This document shows, piece after piece, positions 38,434 through 48,655 of a stretch of 58,014 nucleotides of DNA. Within the stretch, counting starts at the first letter, position 1. Every line of letters begins with the position of its first letter. Under the pieces are notes generated by a model. It searched no databases. It saw only the letters and a program-made list of their open reading frames with translations, and was not told the DNA's origin. The DNA comes from an uncultured Ectothiorhodospiraceae bacterium (GTDB taxonomy: Bacteria; Pseudomonadota; Gammaproteobacteria; UBA9214), in the NCBI GenBank assembly GCA_947258845.1, contig CAMYJZ010000003.1:1-58014 (forward strand), given 5' to 3'. The position numbers and the translations under genes are program-made.

Positions 38434-38979
38434 TCAGCGGCGGCTGCGCAGCAGGACATGCACTGCGCCGGTGCCGCCATGCTCCGGTCGGGTTGAACTG
38501 AAGGCCAGTACGTCCGGATGCTGGCGCAGCCAGCTGTTCAGGCTGTTCTTGAGCACCGGGGCCTGTTCCCGGGAACCGTAGCCCTTGCCGTGGATGATGC
38601 GCACACAGCGGATGTTATGGTCACGCGAGCGGGAGATAAAACGAATGATCTCCTGTTGCGCAATCGCGAGCGTCATGCCGTGCATGTCGAGTTCGGCCCC
38701 TACCGGGAGCTGGCCGCGACGCAGGCGCTGCAACAGGCGCAGCTGCAGACCGGGGCGCGCAAAGTAGAGCGTATCGGAGGCACTGACCGGTTCGCCCCGG
38801 GACCCGTCGGAAAACCCCGGGTCGCCGAGCTGCCCGCTGTCGTTCCGGTCCGTGCGTGGCCGTGGCGCGGGCGGCCGCCTGTGCGGTGCTGCGGTGTCAC
38901 TGCCCAGCTTTCTGACCGGGCCGATACTGCGGCGGAACAGGTCGATGTCTTCCCTGGAAGGCTTCTTGGTTGTGGACAT
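38434..38979 (-). CDS. Smr/MutS2 domain protein
   Basis: LDMHG, IIHGKG, HGGTGA motifs. Confidence 0.92.
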   Translation of the reverse strand: MSTTKKPSREDIDLFRRSIGPVRKLGSDTAAPHRRPPAPRPRTDRNDSGQLGDPGFSDGSRGEPVSASDTLYFARPGLQLRLLQRLRRGQLPVGAELDMHGMTLAIAQQEIIRFISRSRDHNIRCVRIIHGKGYGSREQAPVLKNSLNSWLRQHPDVLAFSSTRPEHGGTGAVHVLLRSRR

Positions 38980-39134
38980 GCTGGATGCGGGTTCAGGTTT
39001 TCAACTGTTGAACGGAACGTTCCGACACCGTAGCAGATCCCTGCCGGCATGCAAGCCGCTATAATCGCCGCTTTGTGTTCCACGCCGGCTTTATATTACG
39101 ATGCAGTCAGTCCACGCGAGGCGGTTTTTCAGCA

Positions 39135-39881
39135 ATGCATATCCTTATCAGCAACGATGACGGCTACCAGTCGGCCGGTATCCGTATCCTGGCCGACACC
39201 CTGAGCGAGATCGCCACCATCACCGTGGTGGCCCCTGACCGTGACCGGAGTGGCGCCAGCAATTCACTGACGCTGGACAGCCCGATACGTGCACGCCAGG
39301 CAGAAAACGGTTACACCTATGTGGACGGCACGCCGACCGATTGCGTGCACCTGGCCATTACCGGCTTGCTGGACGAGGAGCCGGACATGGTAGTTGCGGG
39401 TATCAATGCGGGTGCCAACCTGGGTGACGACGTGCTTTATTCGGGTACAGTCGCCGCCGCCATGGAAGGGCGGTTCCTCGGCCTCCCGGCCATCGCCGTC
39501 TCGCTGGTCTCGGAACGCCCCACGCATTTCGAAACCGCTGCCCGCGTTACCCTGGACCTGGTGCGGCGTCTGCTGTCCAACACCTTGCCAGCTGATACAA
39601 TTCTCAACTTGAACGTGCCGGACCTGCCGCTGGAGGAACTCGCCGGTATGCAGGCGACCCGGCTCGGGCACCGGCACAAGTCCGAGGCGGTGGTGCGGAT
39701 GCAAGACCCCCGGGGTCGTCCCGTCTACTGGGTGGGGCCCGCCGGTTCCGAACAGGATGCCGGTCCGGGCACGGACTTTCATGCGGTTCGGACCGGTCAT
39801 GTCTCGGTGACACCGCTGGATGTCGACCTGACACGCTACAAGGCACTGGAAGAGGTGAGTAGCTGGCTTGCAGACGGTTAG
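39135..39881 (+). CDS. surE: 5'/3'-nucleotidase SurE
   Basis: [23 protein letters not shown]. Confidence 0.97.
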   Translation: MHILISNDDGYQSAGIRILADTLSEIATITVVAPDRDRSGASNSLTLDSPIRARQAENGYTYVDGTPTDCVHLAITGLLDEEPDMVVAGINAGANLGDDVLYSGTVAAAMEGRFLGLPAIAVSLVSERPTHFETAARVTLDLVRRLLSNTLPADTILNLNVPDLPLEELAGMQATRLGHRHKSEAVVRMQDPRGRPVYWVGPAGSEQDAGPGTDFHAVRTGHVSVTPLDVDLTRYKALEEVSSWLADG

Positions 39882-39973
39882 ACACAATCACCTTGCCGGT
39901 ATCAGGCAGTTATTCAAGCGGGAAGTAGGTTTTCCTGTAGTCTGGACACCCGCATAATGAAGAGCGCCCTGAA

Positions 39974-40630
39974 TTGAATTCGATAAAACAAGGCATCGGG
40001 ATGACGTCCCAGCGAACACGTGATCGGCTGGTGACGCGCCTGCACGATGAGGGTATTCGCAACCAGGATGTCCTCGATGCGATAAGAAACACTCCCCGGC
40101 ATCTGTTTGTGGACGAGGCACTGGCCAGCCGGGCCTACGAGGACACGGCCCTTCCGATCGGCTACAACCAGACCATTTCCCAGCCCTACATCGTGGCCGC
40201 CATGACGGAACTGCTGATCGCGGATTCTCCCGGCAAGGTCCTGGAGGTCGGTACCGGTTCCGGCTACCAGGCCGCGGTCCTGTCAGGCCTGGTGGACAAG
40301 ATCTACACCGTTGAACGGATCGAGCCCCTGCTGACCCTGGCGCGCCAGCGGTTCCGGCAGCTCGGCCTGAGGAATATCCGCGCGGCCCACAGCGATGGCA
40401 CGGTCGGGTGGCCGGACTTTGCACCCTATGATGCCATTATCGTGACCGCCGGATCCGAGAACATTCCCGATGCCTTGTTGCACCAACTGGCCCCGAACGG
40501 GCGCCTGATCATCCCGCTTGGCCGGCGTGACCGGCAACGGCTGACCATGATCACCTCAAGGGATGATGTGTTCGAGCAGGAGGAGCTGGACCCGGTAACC
40601 TTCGTGCCCTTGTTGAAGGGCCAGGCCTGA
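39974..40630 (+). CDS. pcm: protein-L-isoaspartate O-methyltransferase
   Basis: [27 protein letters not shown]. Confidence 0.96.
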   Translation: MNSIKQGIGMTSQRTRDRLVTRLHDEGIRNQDVLDAIRNTPRHLFVDEALASRAYEDTALPIGYNQTISQPYIVAAMTELLIADSPGKVLEVGTGSGYQAAVLSGLVDKIYTVERIEPLLTLARQRFRQLGLRNIRAAHSDGTVGWPDFAPYDAIIVTAGSENIPDALLHQLAPNGRLIIPLGRRDRQRLTMITSRDDVFEQEELDPVTFVPLLKGQA

Positions 40631-41208
40631 TGCCGCTTTTCGTATCGCTTTACGATCGCTGCATGGCCCTGGCGCGGCATAGGTATGCCGCTCGCTACCT
40701 TGCCGGCCTGAGCTTCGCGGAATCGTCCTTCTTCCCGGTTCCGCCGGATATCATGCTGGCGCCCATGAGCATGGCCCGGCCGGATCGCGCCATGGTCTAC
40801 GCACTCCTGACCACGCTGGCCTCGGTGCTGGGCGGCCTGTTCGGATACCTGCTGGGTTATTTTGCCTTCGACCTCATCGAACCCTGGGTGCGCAAGGCAG
40901 CTTACTGGGACGACTATATGCATGTCCGCAGCTGGTTCGACACCTGGGGCTTCTGGGCCATTCTCGTCGCGGGCTTCTCGCCAATACCCTACAAGGTCTT
41001 CACCATCGCGGCAGGTACGCTTTTCATGAATATACCGCTGTTCGTCGCGGGGTCGGTGATCGGCCGGGGCGGGCGTTTCTTTCTGGTTGCAGGCTTGCTT
41101 GCCTGGGGCGGGCCAAGGATGGAGCAGGCGCTGCGTACCTATGTTGAACGCATCGGCTGGTTTCTGGTCATAGCAGCTGTGATTGCCTACCTGTATCTTC
41201 GTGGCTGA
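40630..41208 (+). CDS. yqaA: YqaA/DedA family membrane protein
   Basis: SFAESSFFPVPPD, FSPIPYKVFT. Confidence 0.9.
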   Translation: MPLFVSLYDRCMALARHRYAARYLAGLSFAESSFFPVPPDIMLAPMSMARPDRAMVYALLTTLASVLGGLFGYLLGYFAFDLIEPWVRKAAYWDDYMHVRSWFDTWGFWAILVAGFSPIPYKVFTIAAGTLFMNIPLFVAGSVIGRGGRFFLVAGLLAWGGPRMEQALRTYVERIGWFLVIAAVIAYLYLRG

Positions 41209-42011
41209 TGTCTGTGGTGCAGCGTTTGTTCTCTTTTGGTCTGCTGTGCTTGTCGATCGCGGCTTGCAGTTCGCAGCCCATCAACGCGCCGGTTGGAACA
41301 CGCGGGACACAGGGAACTGAAAAACCGGCCCCGGTAACAAGGCAGCCTGCCAGATCGGCACGGGGCCATTACACTGTACGGCGCGGCGACACCCTGTACT
41401 CAATCGCCTGGCAACACGGGCTGAGTTACCGCGAACTTGCCTCGCTGAACGGTATTGCTTACCCCTATACCATCTTTGCCGGTCAGCAGCTGCGCGTGCG
41501 TCCGGGCCCCCTGGTGGTGCCGCCATCCAAACCTGCGGTAGCAAAACCCGGGCCGGTTGCAAGGCCCTCGCCGACACCGGTGCCGACGCCGCAGCCGGCA
41601 CCGCCTGCACAAGCCACAGAACAGCCGTTGCCAGCGGTTGTCAGCAACTGGATCTGGCCGGCACAGGGCAAGGTGTTGCGCGGGTTTCAGCCGGACTCCC
41701 CCGGCAAAAAGGGCGTCGATATCGGTGGTCGGCACGGGCAGTCGGTCATGGCCGCGGCAGACGGCAAGGTAGTCTATAGCGGGAGTGGACTTGTCGGGTA
41801 TGGTCGCCTTATCATCATCAAGCACAGTGACAGTTTGCTGAGTGCCTACGGTCATAACAGCAAATTACTCGTCAAGGAAGGTGAACGGGTCAAGGCGGGA
41901 CAGCTTATTGCCAGGATGGGCAGTAGCGGAACCGTTGGTACCCGCCTGTACTTCGAGATACGCAAGGATGGCAAGCCGGTTAATCCCTTGCGCTTTCTCC
42001 CGAAGGGCTGA
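41208..42011 (+). CDS. nlpD: LysM + M23 lipoprotein NlpD
   Basis: Lipobox IAAC, LysM domain, Pro-rich linker, degenerate M23 domain; upstream of rpoS. Confidence 0.93.
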   Translation: MSVVQRLFSFGLLCLSIAACSSQPINAPVGTRGTQGTEKPAPVTRQPARSARGHYTVRRGDTLYSIAWQHGLSYRELASLNGIAYPYTIFAGQQLRVRPGPLVVPPSKPAVAKPGPVARPSPTPVPTPQPAPPAQATEQPLPAVVSNWIWPAQGKVLRGFQPDSPGKKGVDIGGRHGQSVMAAADGKVVYSGSGLVGYGRLIIIKHSDSLLSAYGHNSKLLVKEGERVKAGQLIARMGSSGTVGTRLYFEIRKDGKPVNPLRFLPKG

Positions 42012-42089
42012 CAGACATCCCCTTGTCTGGTGCGTGTGTCATGGCCGGTTCAACCGGGCACCGGGTCAGATACACCGGCGGAGTGGGTA

Positions 42090-43046
42090 GTGGCTAAACG
42101 ACGCAAGGATTCTGGCGGAAAGGACCAGCCTTCTACCCGGGGAGGTGAGTCCGCGGGTGCCGATGCCAGTCCAGACAAGAAGCCCGGCCACGGCAAGGGC
42201 TTCCCGTCACCCGCAGATCACGACCCGACGCGACTCTATCTCAGCGAGATCGGCGCCTCTCCGCTGTTGACGGCGGAAGAAGAGGTGTTCTACTCGCGCA
42301 AGGCCCAGCGGGGCGATGAAAGCGCGCGTCAGCGCATGATCGAGAGTAACCTGAGGCTGGTCGTCAAGATCGCCCGGCGTTACATGAACCGCGGCCTGGC
42401 CTTCCTCGATCTCATCGAGGAAGGCAACCTGGGGCTAATACGGGCGGTGGAGAAATTCGACCCCGAGAGGGGATTTCGTTTTTCGACCTATGCGACCTGG
42501 TGGATCCGGCAGACCATAGAGCGTGCCATCATGAACCAGACGCGCACCATTCGTCTGCCCATCCATGTGGTCAAGGAGATCAATGTCTACCTGAGGGTGG
42601 CGCGCAAGCTGACGCAGGAGCTTGACCACGAACCGAGTGCAGATGAGATTGCCAGCCTGCTGGACAAGCCGCTCGAGGAGGTGCAGCGCATGCTGGGGCT
42701 GAACGAACGTACGGCATCGACCGACACCAGTATCATGAATGAGCCCGGCAAAACCCTGCTGGACACCCTGGTTGACGACAGCTCGCCGGATCCGACCGAG
42801 GCCCTGCAGGAAGATGATATACACGAAAACCTGGAGGAATGGCTGGGGCAGTTGAATGACAAGCAGCGCGAGGTGGTGGAACGCCGCTTCGGCCTGCACG
42901 GTTATTCGGTTTCCACCCTGGAGGAGGTCGGGCGCGAAATCGGGGTTACCCGTGAGCGGGTTCGCCAGATCCAGATGGATGCCCTGAAACGGCTGAAAAG
43001 GATACTCGAGAGCGAGGGTTTCTCGGTCGATGCCCTGCTGAAATAG
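42090..43046 (+). CDS. rpoS: RNA polymerase sigma factor RpoS
   Basis: [34 protein letters not shown]; follows nlpD. GTG start inferred from a GGAG RBS. Confidence 0.95.
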   Translation: MAKRRKDSGGKDQPSTRGGESAGADASPDKKPGHGKGFPSPADHDPTRLYLSEIGASPLLTAEEEVFYSRKAQRGDESARQRMIESNLRLVVKIARRYMNRGLAFLDLIEEGNLGLIRAVEKFDPERGFRFSTYATWWIRQTIERAIMNQTRTIRLPIHVVKEINVYLRVARKLTQELDHEPSADEIASLLDKPLEEVQRMLGLNERTASTDTSIMNEPGKTLLDTLVDDSSPDPTEALQEDDIHENLEEWLGQLNDKQREVVERRFGLHGYSVSTLEEVGREIGVTRERVRQIQMDALKRLKRILESEGFSVDALLK

Positions 43047-43058
43047 CCGGCCAGCGGT

Positions 43059-43427
43059 CTACGCCATCAACAGGGCTGCCACGACCCGGCGTTCTTCCGA
43101 CATCAGGATGTTGAAGGTGCGGCATGCCGCTGCCGTGTCCATGGCCTCCACCCCGATGCCCTGTGTCAGGAACCCGGCCGTGTAGTCAGGGGGCGGGAAG
43201 CGTGCTGTGGTGCCGGTGCCGAGGACGATGATCTCGGGCTCGAGGCCGGCCAGCCGGGTCATATGGTGTTCCTCGAGGCCGGCAAAGCTGTCCGGCAACC
43301 AGTCGAGAATGATCCTGTCCGGTGTCACAATCACGCTGGAGACGATGACCTGTTCGTTGACCGTGATCTGGCCACGGGCATAGGCAGTGATGCTGTTGCC
43401 TGCGAAGCTGTCCTGGGCGAAACGCAT
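43059..43427 (-). CDS. Mth938-like domain protein
   Basis: PEIIVLGTG, GVEAMDTAAACRTFNIL. Confidence 0.9.
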   Translation of the reverse strand: MRFAQDSFAGNSITAYARGQITVNEQVIVSSVIVTPDRIILDWLPDSFAGLEEHHMTRLAGLEPEIIVLGTGTTARFPPPDYTAGFLTQGIGVEAMDTAAACRTFNILMSEERRVVAALLMA

Positions 43428-43608
43428 GCCTGTTACGATACTGGGCCCGCTGTTAGTGAACAAGCCGTTTTGATGGCCGCCATAATGCGGGATGCAGGCG
43501 CTGCCGGGCGTGCAGACCCCTTGTTTCCCATGACGCTTTTCAGTAACGTTAGCGCTCTCGGCGTGTTGCCGGAACAGCTTCAAAATCAAAAGACTACAGG
43601 TTGCCCCC

Positions 43609-44814
43609 TTGATCGAGGAATTCTCCCGGATAAAACGTCTGCCACCGTATGTCTTCAACATTGTCAATGAGTTGAAGGCGACAGCGCGTGCGCGCGGCGA
43701 CGATATCATTGATTTCGGCATGGGAAATCCCGACCAGCCCACGCCTCCGCATATCGTGGACAAGCTGGTCGAAGCGGCACAGCGCGGCGATACCCACCGC
43801 TATTCGCTTTCCAGGGGCATCCCGCGACTGCGCAAGGCGATCTGTGACTGGTACGGTCGGCGCTACGATGTCGATCTCGACTATGAGCGCCATGCCATTG
43901 TCACCATCGGTTCCAAGGAAGGGCTGGCACACCTGGCGCTGGCCACCATGGGTCCGGGTGATGCCGTGCTGGTGCCGAACCCGGCCTATCCCATCCATCC
44001 CTATGGCTTTGCCATCGCCGGGGCGGACATCCGCCATGTGCCATTGCGCCCGGGCGTCGATTTCTTTGCCGAACTGGAGAAGGCCATCAAGGACTCCTGG
44101 CCACGACCCAAGATGCTGATCCTCAACTTTCCCGGCAACCCGACCACCCAGTGTGTCGACCTGGAGTTCTTCGAGAAGGTGGTCGACATCGCGCGGGAAA
44201 ACGAGATCTGGGTGGTGCAGGACCTGGCCTATGCCGACCTGGTGTACGACGGCTACAAGGCCCCCTCCATCCTGCAGGTGGATGGCGCCATGGATGTCGC
44301 GGTCGAGTTCTTCTCGCTGTCCAAGAGCTATAACATGCCGGGCTGGCGGGTCGGCTTCATGTGCGGCAACGAGACCCTGGTGGCGGCACTGTCACGCATC
44401 AAGTCCTACCTGGACTACGGTATGTTCACGCCCATCCAGGTCGCGGCGATCACTGCGCTGGACGGTCCGCAGGACTGCGTCCGCGAGATCGCTGAAAATT
44501 ACCGAGGCCGTCGCAATGTCCTGTGCGAGGGTCTGAATTCCATAGGCTGGCCCGTGGAGAAACCCCGGGCGACCATGTTCGTGTGGGCGCCGATTCCGGA
44601 GCCGTACCGGGAAATGGGCTCGCTCGAGTTTTCCAAGAAGCTGCTGGTGGAGGCCAGGGTGGCCGTGTCGCCGGGGATTGGCTTCGGTTCGTACGGTGAT
44701 GATCACGTGCGATTCAGTCTTATCGAGAACAAACACCGCACCCGTCAGGCCATTCGCGGGATCCGCGATATGTTCCGCAAGGACCTCGGCCTGGCGCACG
44801 CCTCAGGAGGGTAG
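43609..44814 (+). CDS. alaC: alanine transaminase AlaC
   Basis: [29 protein letters not shown]. Confidence 0.92.
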   Translation: MIEEFSRIKRLPPYVFNIVNELKATARARGDDIIDFGMGNPDQPTPPHIVDKLVEAAQRGDTHRYSLSRGIPRLRKAICDWYGRRYDVDLDYERHAIVTIGSKEGLAHLALATMGPGDAVLVPNPAYPIHPYGFAIAGADIRHVPLRPGVDFFAELEKAIKDSWPRPKMLILNFPGNPTTQCVDLEFFEKVVDIARENEIWVVQDLAYADLVYDGYKAPSILQVDGAMDVAVEFFSLSKSYNMPGWRVGFMCGNETLVAALSRIKSYLDYGMFTPIQVAAITALDGPQDCVREIAENYRGRRNVLCEGLNSIGWPVEKPRATMFVWAPIPEPYREMGSLEFSKKLLVEARVAVSPGIGFGSYGDDHVRFSLIENKHRTRQAIRGIRDMFRKDLGLAHASGG

Positions 44815-44819
44815 ATCAG

Positions 44820-46136
44820 TTGAATCCGGTAAATGTTGGCCTGCTGGGTCTGGGCACTGTGGGCGGGGGTACCTTTAACGTGCTCAACCGCAATGCCGAG
44901 GAAATTGTGCGTCGTGCCGGGCGCGGGATTCGAATTACCCAGGCTGCGGCACGCGCCTATGATCCGGCGGCGCTGCCCGGGATCGAGTCGATTGCCGTCT
45001 CAGATGATGCCTTTGCCGTGGTGGACAGCCCGGATATCGACATCATTATCGAACTGATCGGCGGTTACGAGCCGGCGCGTGAACTGGTGCTCAGGGCCAT
45101 CGCTAACGGCAAGCATGTGGTCACGGCCAACAAGGCACTGATCGCCCTGCACGGCAACGAGATCTTCGCGGCGGCCCAGGAGAAGGGTGTCATGGTGGCC
45201 TTCGAGGCCGCGGTCGCCGGCGGCATCCCGATCATCAAGGCGCTGCGCGAGGGCCTGGCGGCAAACAAGATCGAGTGGCTGACCGGGATCATCAACGGCA
45301 CCGGCAACTTCATCCTGACCGAGATGCGCGACAAGGGCCGCGATTTCGTCGACGTGCTCAAAGAGGCCCAGCATCTGGGTTATGCCGAGGCCGATCCGAG
45401 CTTTGATATCGAGGGTATCGATGCGGCCCACAAGCTGACCATTCTGGCCTCGATCGCTTTCGGTATCCCGCTGCAGTTCGACAAGGTCTACACCGAGGGC
45501 ATCAGTCATATCACCCGCGAGGATGTCGGCTATGCCGCCGAGTTCGGCTACCGCATCAAGCACCTCGGTTTCACCCGGCGTACTGCCAGGGGTATCGAGT
45601 TGCGGGTGCATCCCACGCTGATACCCGAGCGCCGCCTGATCGCCAACGTCGATGGTGTGATGAACGCGGTGCTGGTGAAGGGTGATGCCGTGGGGCCGAC
45701 GCTGTATTACGGTGCGGGTGCGGGATCGGAACCAACGGCATCCGCCGTGGTGGCCGACGTGATCGACGTGGTGCGCACCCTGACGGCCGACCCCGGAAAC
45801 CGCGTGCCGCACCTGGCGTTCCAGCCGCATGCCCTGTCAGATGTACCGATCCTGTCCATGGATGAGGTGGTGACCGCGTACTACCTGCGCCTGCTGGCAA
45901 CCGACAAGCCCGGCGTGCTATCGGAGGTGACCAGCATCCTGGGTCGGCTCGCCATCAGTATCGAGGCGATTCTCCAGAAGGAGCCATCGGCCGGGGTAGC
46001 CGAGGTGCCGATTATCATCCTGACCCATTCCGTCCAGGAACGGCAGATGAATGATGCCATCCGGCAGATCGAGGCCCTGGACAGCATTCATGGTGCGGTC
46101 ACCCGTATCCGCCTGGAACACCTCGACTGCGACTGA
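44820..46136 (+). CDS. hom: homoserine dehydrogenase
   Basis: GLGTVGGG, FEAAVAGGIP, GYAEADP, C-terminal ACT domain. Confidence 0.97.
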   Translation: MNPVNVGLLGLGTVGGGTFNVLNRNAEEIVRRAGRGIRITQAAARAYDPAALPGIESIAVSDDAFAVVDSPDIDIIIELIGGYEPARELVLRAIANGKHVVTANKALIALHGNEIFAAAQEKGVMVAFEAAVAGGIPIIKALREGLAANKIEWLTGIINGTGNFILTEMRDKGRDFVDVLKEAQHLGYAEADPSFDIEGIDAAHKLTILASIAFGIPLQFDKVYTEGISHITREDVGYAAEFGYRIKHLGFTRRTARGIELRVHPTLIPERRLIANVDGVMNAVLVKGDAVGPTLYYGAGAGSEPTASAVVADVIDVVRTLTADPGNRVPHLAFQPHALSDVPILSMDEVVTAYYLRLLATDKPGVLSEVTSILGRLAISIEAILQKEPSAGVAEVPIIILTHSVQERQMNDAIRQIEALDSIHGAVTRIRLEHLDCD

Positions 46137-46183
46137 TTACTCTTTCTTTATCTTACGCGCTGCAGGTCAGCGAGGAATAACGC

Positions 46184-47329
46184 ATGCCTACCGGATCCCG
46201 TTACACAGGATTGATCGAACACTACCGTGACCGCCTGCCGGTCTCTGCCGGCACCCGGATAATCAGCCTGGGTGAGGGCAATACACCGCTGGTGCGGCTG
46301 GAAAACATCCCGCGCGAAATTGGCAAGGATGTGGAACTGTATGTGAAGTATGAGGGCCTCAACCCGACCGGTTCCTTCAAGGACCGCGGTATGACCATGG
46401 CGGTGACCCGGGCGGTTGAAGAGGGTAGCCGTGCCGTGTTGTGTGCCTCCACGGGCAACACGTCGGCGGCCGCCGCGGCCTACGCCGCACGGGCCGGCAT
46501 TACCGCCTTCGTCATCATACCCGAGGGCAAGATCGCCCTTGGCAAGCTGGCGCAGGCCATGATCCACGGTGCCGTGGTGTTGCAGATCCAGGGCAATTTC
46601 GATGACGGCATGCGACTGGTCAAGGAGGTTGCCACCGAGGCGCCGGTCACCATTGTCAATTCCATCAACCCCTACCGTCTGCAGGGCCAGAAGACCGCCG
46701 CCTTCGAGATCGTCGACGAACTCGGGCGTGCGCCGGACTACCACTGCCTGCCGGTGGGCAACGCCGGCAATATCACGGCCCACTGGATCGGCTATTGTGA
46801 ATATGCCCATCACGGTGACGGCGAGGTCACGACTGCGTGTGCCTATTGCGAAGGCTCATCCTGTGCCTACGGCGGGCGGGGCGTGACCGACACCCGCCCG
46901 GTCATGGTCGGCTACCAGGCCGCCGGTTCGGCCCCGTTCATGCGCGGCGCCATGGTGGATCACCCGGAAACGGTTGCCACGGCCATCCGCATCGGCCACC
47001 CGCAGTCCTGGGACATGGCCTGGAAGGTCCGGGAGGAGTCCGGCGGCTGGTTCGATGAGTGTACCGACGAGGAGATACTGGCGGCGCAGAAGCTGCTGAC
47101 CTCAAGCGAGGGAATCTTCTGTGAACCGGCCTCGGCGACCTCAATCGCGGGTGCCCTGCGCGATATCAAGGCCGGCAGGATCCCGGAAGGCAGCACCGTG
47201 GTTTGCACCCTGACCGGTCACGGTCTCAAGGACCCGGACACGGCCATCAAGCAGTGCGAGGGCGCCATGCGAACCGTCGACGCCGAACTCGGTGCCGTCA
47301 AGGACGCCATCCTGAAACACCTGGGGTGA
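46184..47329 (+). CDS. thrC: threonine synthase
   Basis: [33 protein letters not shown]. Confidence 0.96.
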   Translation: MPTGSRYTGLIEHYRDRLPVSAGTRIISLGEGNTPLVRLENIPREIGKDVELYVKYEGLNPTGSFKDRGMTMAVTRAVEEGSRAVLCASTGNTSAAAAAYAARAGITAFVIIPEGKIALGKLAQAMIHGAVVLQIQGNFDDGMRLVKEVATEAPVTIVNSINPYRLQGQKTAAFEIVDELGRAPDYHCLPVGNAGNITAHWIGYCEYAHHGDGEVTTACAYCEGSSCAYGGRGVTDTRPVMVGYQAAGSAPFMRGAMVDHPETVATAIRIGHPQSWDMAWKVREESGGWFDECTDEEILAAQKLLTSSEGIFCEPASATSIAGALRDIKAGRIPEGSTVVCTLTGHGLKDPDTAIKQCEGAMRTVDAELGAVKDAILKHLG

Positions 47330-47342
47330 CTTTAGTCGCTGC

Positions 47343-47539
47343 TTCATCGCCGAGACGCCGGGGTCGCAATTTCGAAAAAACAAAAAAATTATTCACCGCA
47401 GAGACGCAAAGGACGCAGAGAAAAGAAATAATTATTTCGAAAACATCGAATATTATTACCCTGCATATGCACGACATGCTTTGTCAACCAAATACTTTAT
47501 TTAAGTTTTTCTCTGCGTCCTTTGCGCCTCTGCGGTGAA
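47343..47539. repeat. CGCAGAG-triplet inverted-repeat element, copy 2 (plus degenerate orphan arm)
   Basis: Left arm 47392-47420 and right arm 47511-47539 are complementary at 28/29, around a 90-bp AT-rich spacer. Degenerate arm at 47343-47370. Confidence 0.9.
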
Positions 47540-47608
47540 ACAGGTTTTCCCTGTTCGCAATTCAGCGTGCCATTGACCAAATCTGTGTGATTTTAGCGAT
47601 CAACTATT

Positions 47609-48655
47609 TTGTCTGACTCGGTGAACAAGCTGGTGCTGGTGGTGCCGGGTCTGTGCGGTCCGGCCGGTGCAGACCCGTTTACCGGTCTTCCCGATGGCCC
47701 CCCGCAGGCGCTAGAGAAACTCCTGGCGCGCGCCCGGGTGAAATCCGGCCTGGCCCGGGATCTGGATGCCTGCGTGGGTGATTTCTTCGGGCTGTCCGCC
47801 GGGGCGGCGGGTACGCTGCCGGTGGCGCCACTGACCTGGCTGGCCGATACCGGCACTCCGGGCGCGGGCTATCTCATGCGTATCGATCCGGTGCATCTGC
47901 GCGCGGACCAGTCCAGCCTGCGCCTGTATGACAGCCATGCCTTCTCCATCGAGCCCGGCGAGGCGCAGGAACTGGCAGCGGCCTTCAACGACCTGTACCG
48001 GGACCGCGGCTGGCAACTGGAGGCAGTGATGCCGACGCGCTGGTATCTCGCGCTTGCCGATCCTCCCGTGCTGGAGACCCGCTCACCGGCGGATTGCGCC
48101 GGACGGGATATCAATGAGTTGTTGCCGGGCGGCGCAGACCGCCGTGAATGGCATGCCCTGCTGAACGAGGTCCAGATGCTGTTTCACGCTCACCCGGTCA
48201 ACACGGCGCGCGAGCGGCGCGGCGAGCCGGCCATCAACAGCATCTGGCCGTGGGGCGGGGGTGTGCTGCCCGCCGAAGTCGAGACATCGCTCGCGAGTGT
48301 GATTGCCGACCAGCCCCTGGTGATGGGACTGGCGCAACTGGCCGGTATTCCCCGGCGTGACCTGCCGGCGGAGGCGGTCGAGCTGGCAGCTGAGCTTGGT
48401 GACGGTACCCATCTCGTTGTCATCGATGCCCTGGCCACAGCTGCCCATTATGCCGATGCCGAGGCCTGGGCCGCGGGACTGCTGCAGCTCGAGACCGCCT
48501 GGTTCAGGCCCCTGCTGGAGATGGTCGGCGCCGGTCGCGTCGGGCAACTCGATCTCTGTCCTGTCAACGGCAGGTGCTACCGCGTCAGCCGCCGCCTGCT
48601 GCGGCGCTTCTGGGTTCGCCCGCGCCGTCTCGCGCAGCGTTGTCTCAATGGCTAG
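47609..48655 (+). CDS. RpfE-type / phosphoglycerate-mutase-like hypothetical protein
   Basis: DPVHLRAD, LLNEVQMLFH.HPVN..R, NSIWPWGGG; upstream of recJ. Confidence 0.75.
   Translation: MSDSVNKLVLVVPGLCGPAGADPFTGLPDGPPQALEKLLARARVKSGLARDLDACVGDFFGLSAGAAGTLPVAPLTWLADTGTPGAGYLMRIDPVHLRADQSSLRLYDSHAFSIEPGEAQELAAAFNDLYRDRGWQLEAVMPTRWYLALADPPVLETRSPADCAGRDINELLPGGADRREWHALLNEVQMLFHAHPVNTARERRGEPAINSIWPWGGGVLPAEVETSLASVIADQPLVMGLAQLAGIPRRDLPAEAVELAAELGDGTHLVVIDALATAAHYADAEAWAAGLLQLETAWFRPLLEMVGAGRVGQLDLCPVNGRCYRVSRRLLRRFWVRPRRLAQRCLNG

Noticed and set aside
47203-47538. Small ORFs with TAETQRTQR / HRRGAENAE / SASSASLR peptides (also 2744-2995, 51602-52063, 51702-51941, 56391-56951, 56480-56668)
   Set aside because: These are translations of the repeat arms in different frames and overlap real genes; no support for coding.
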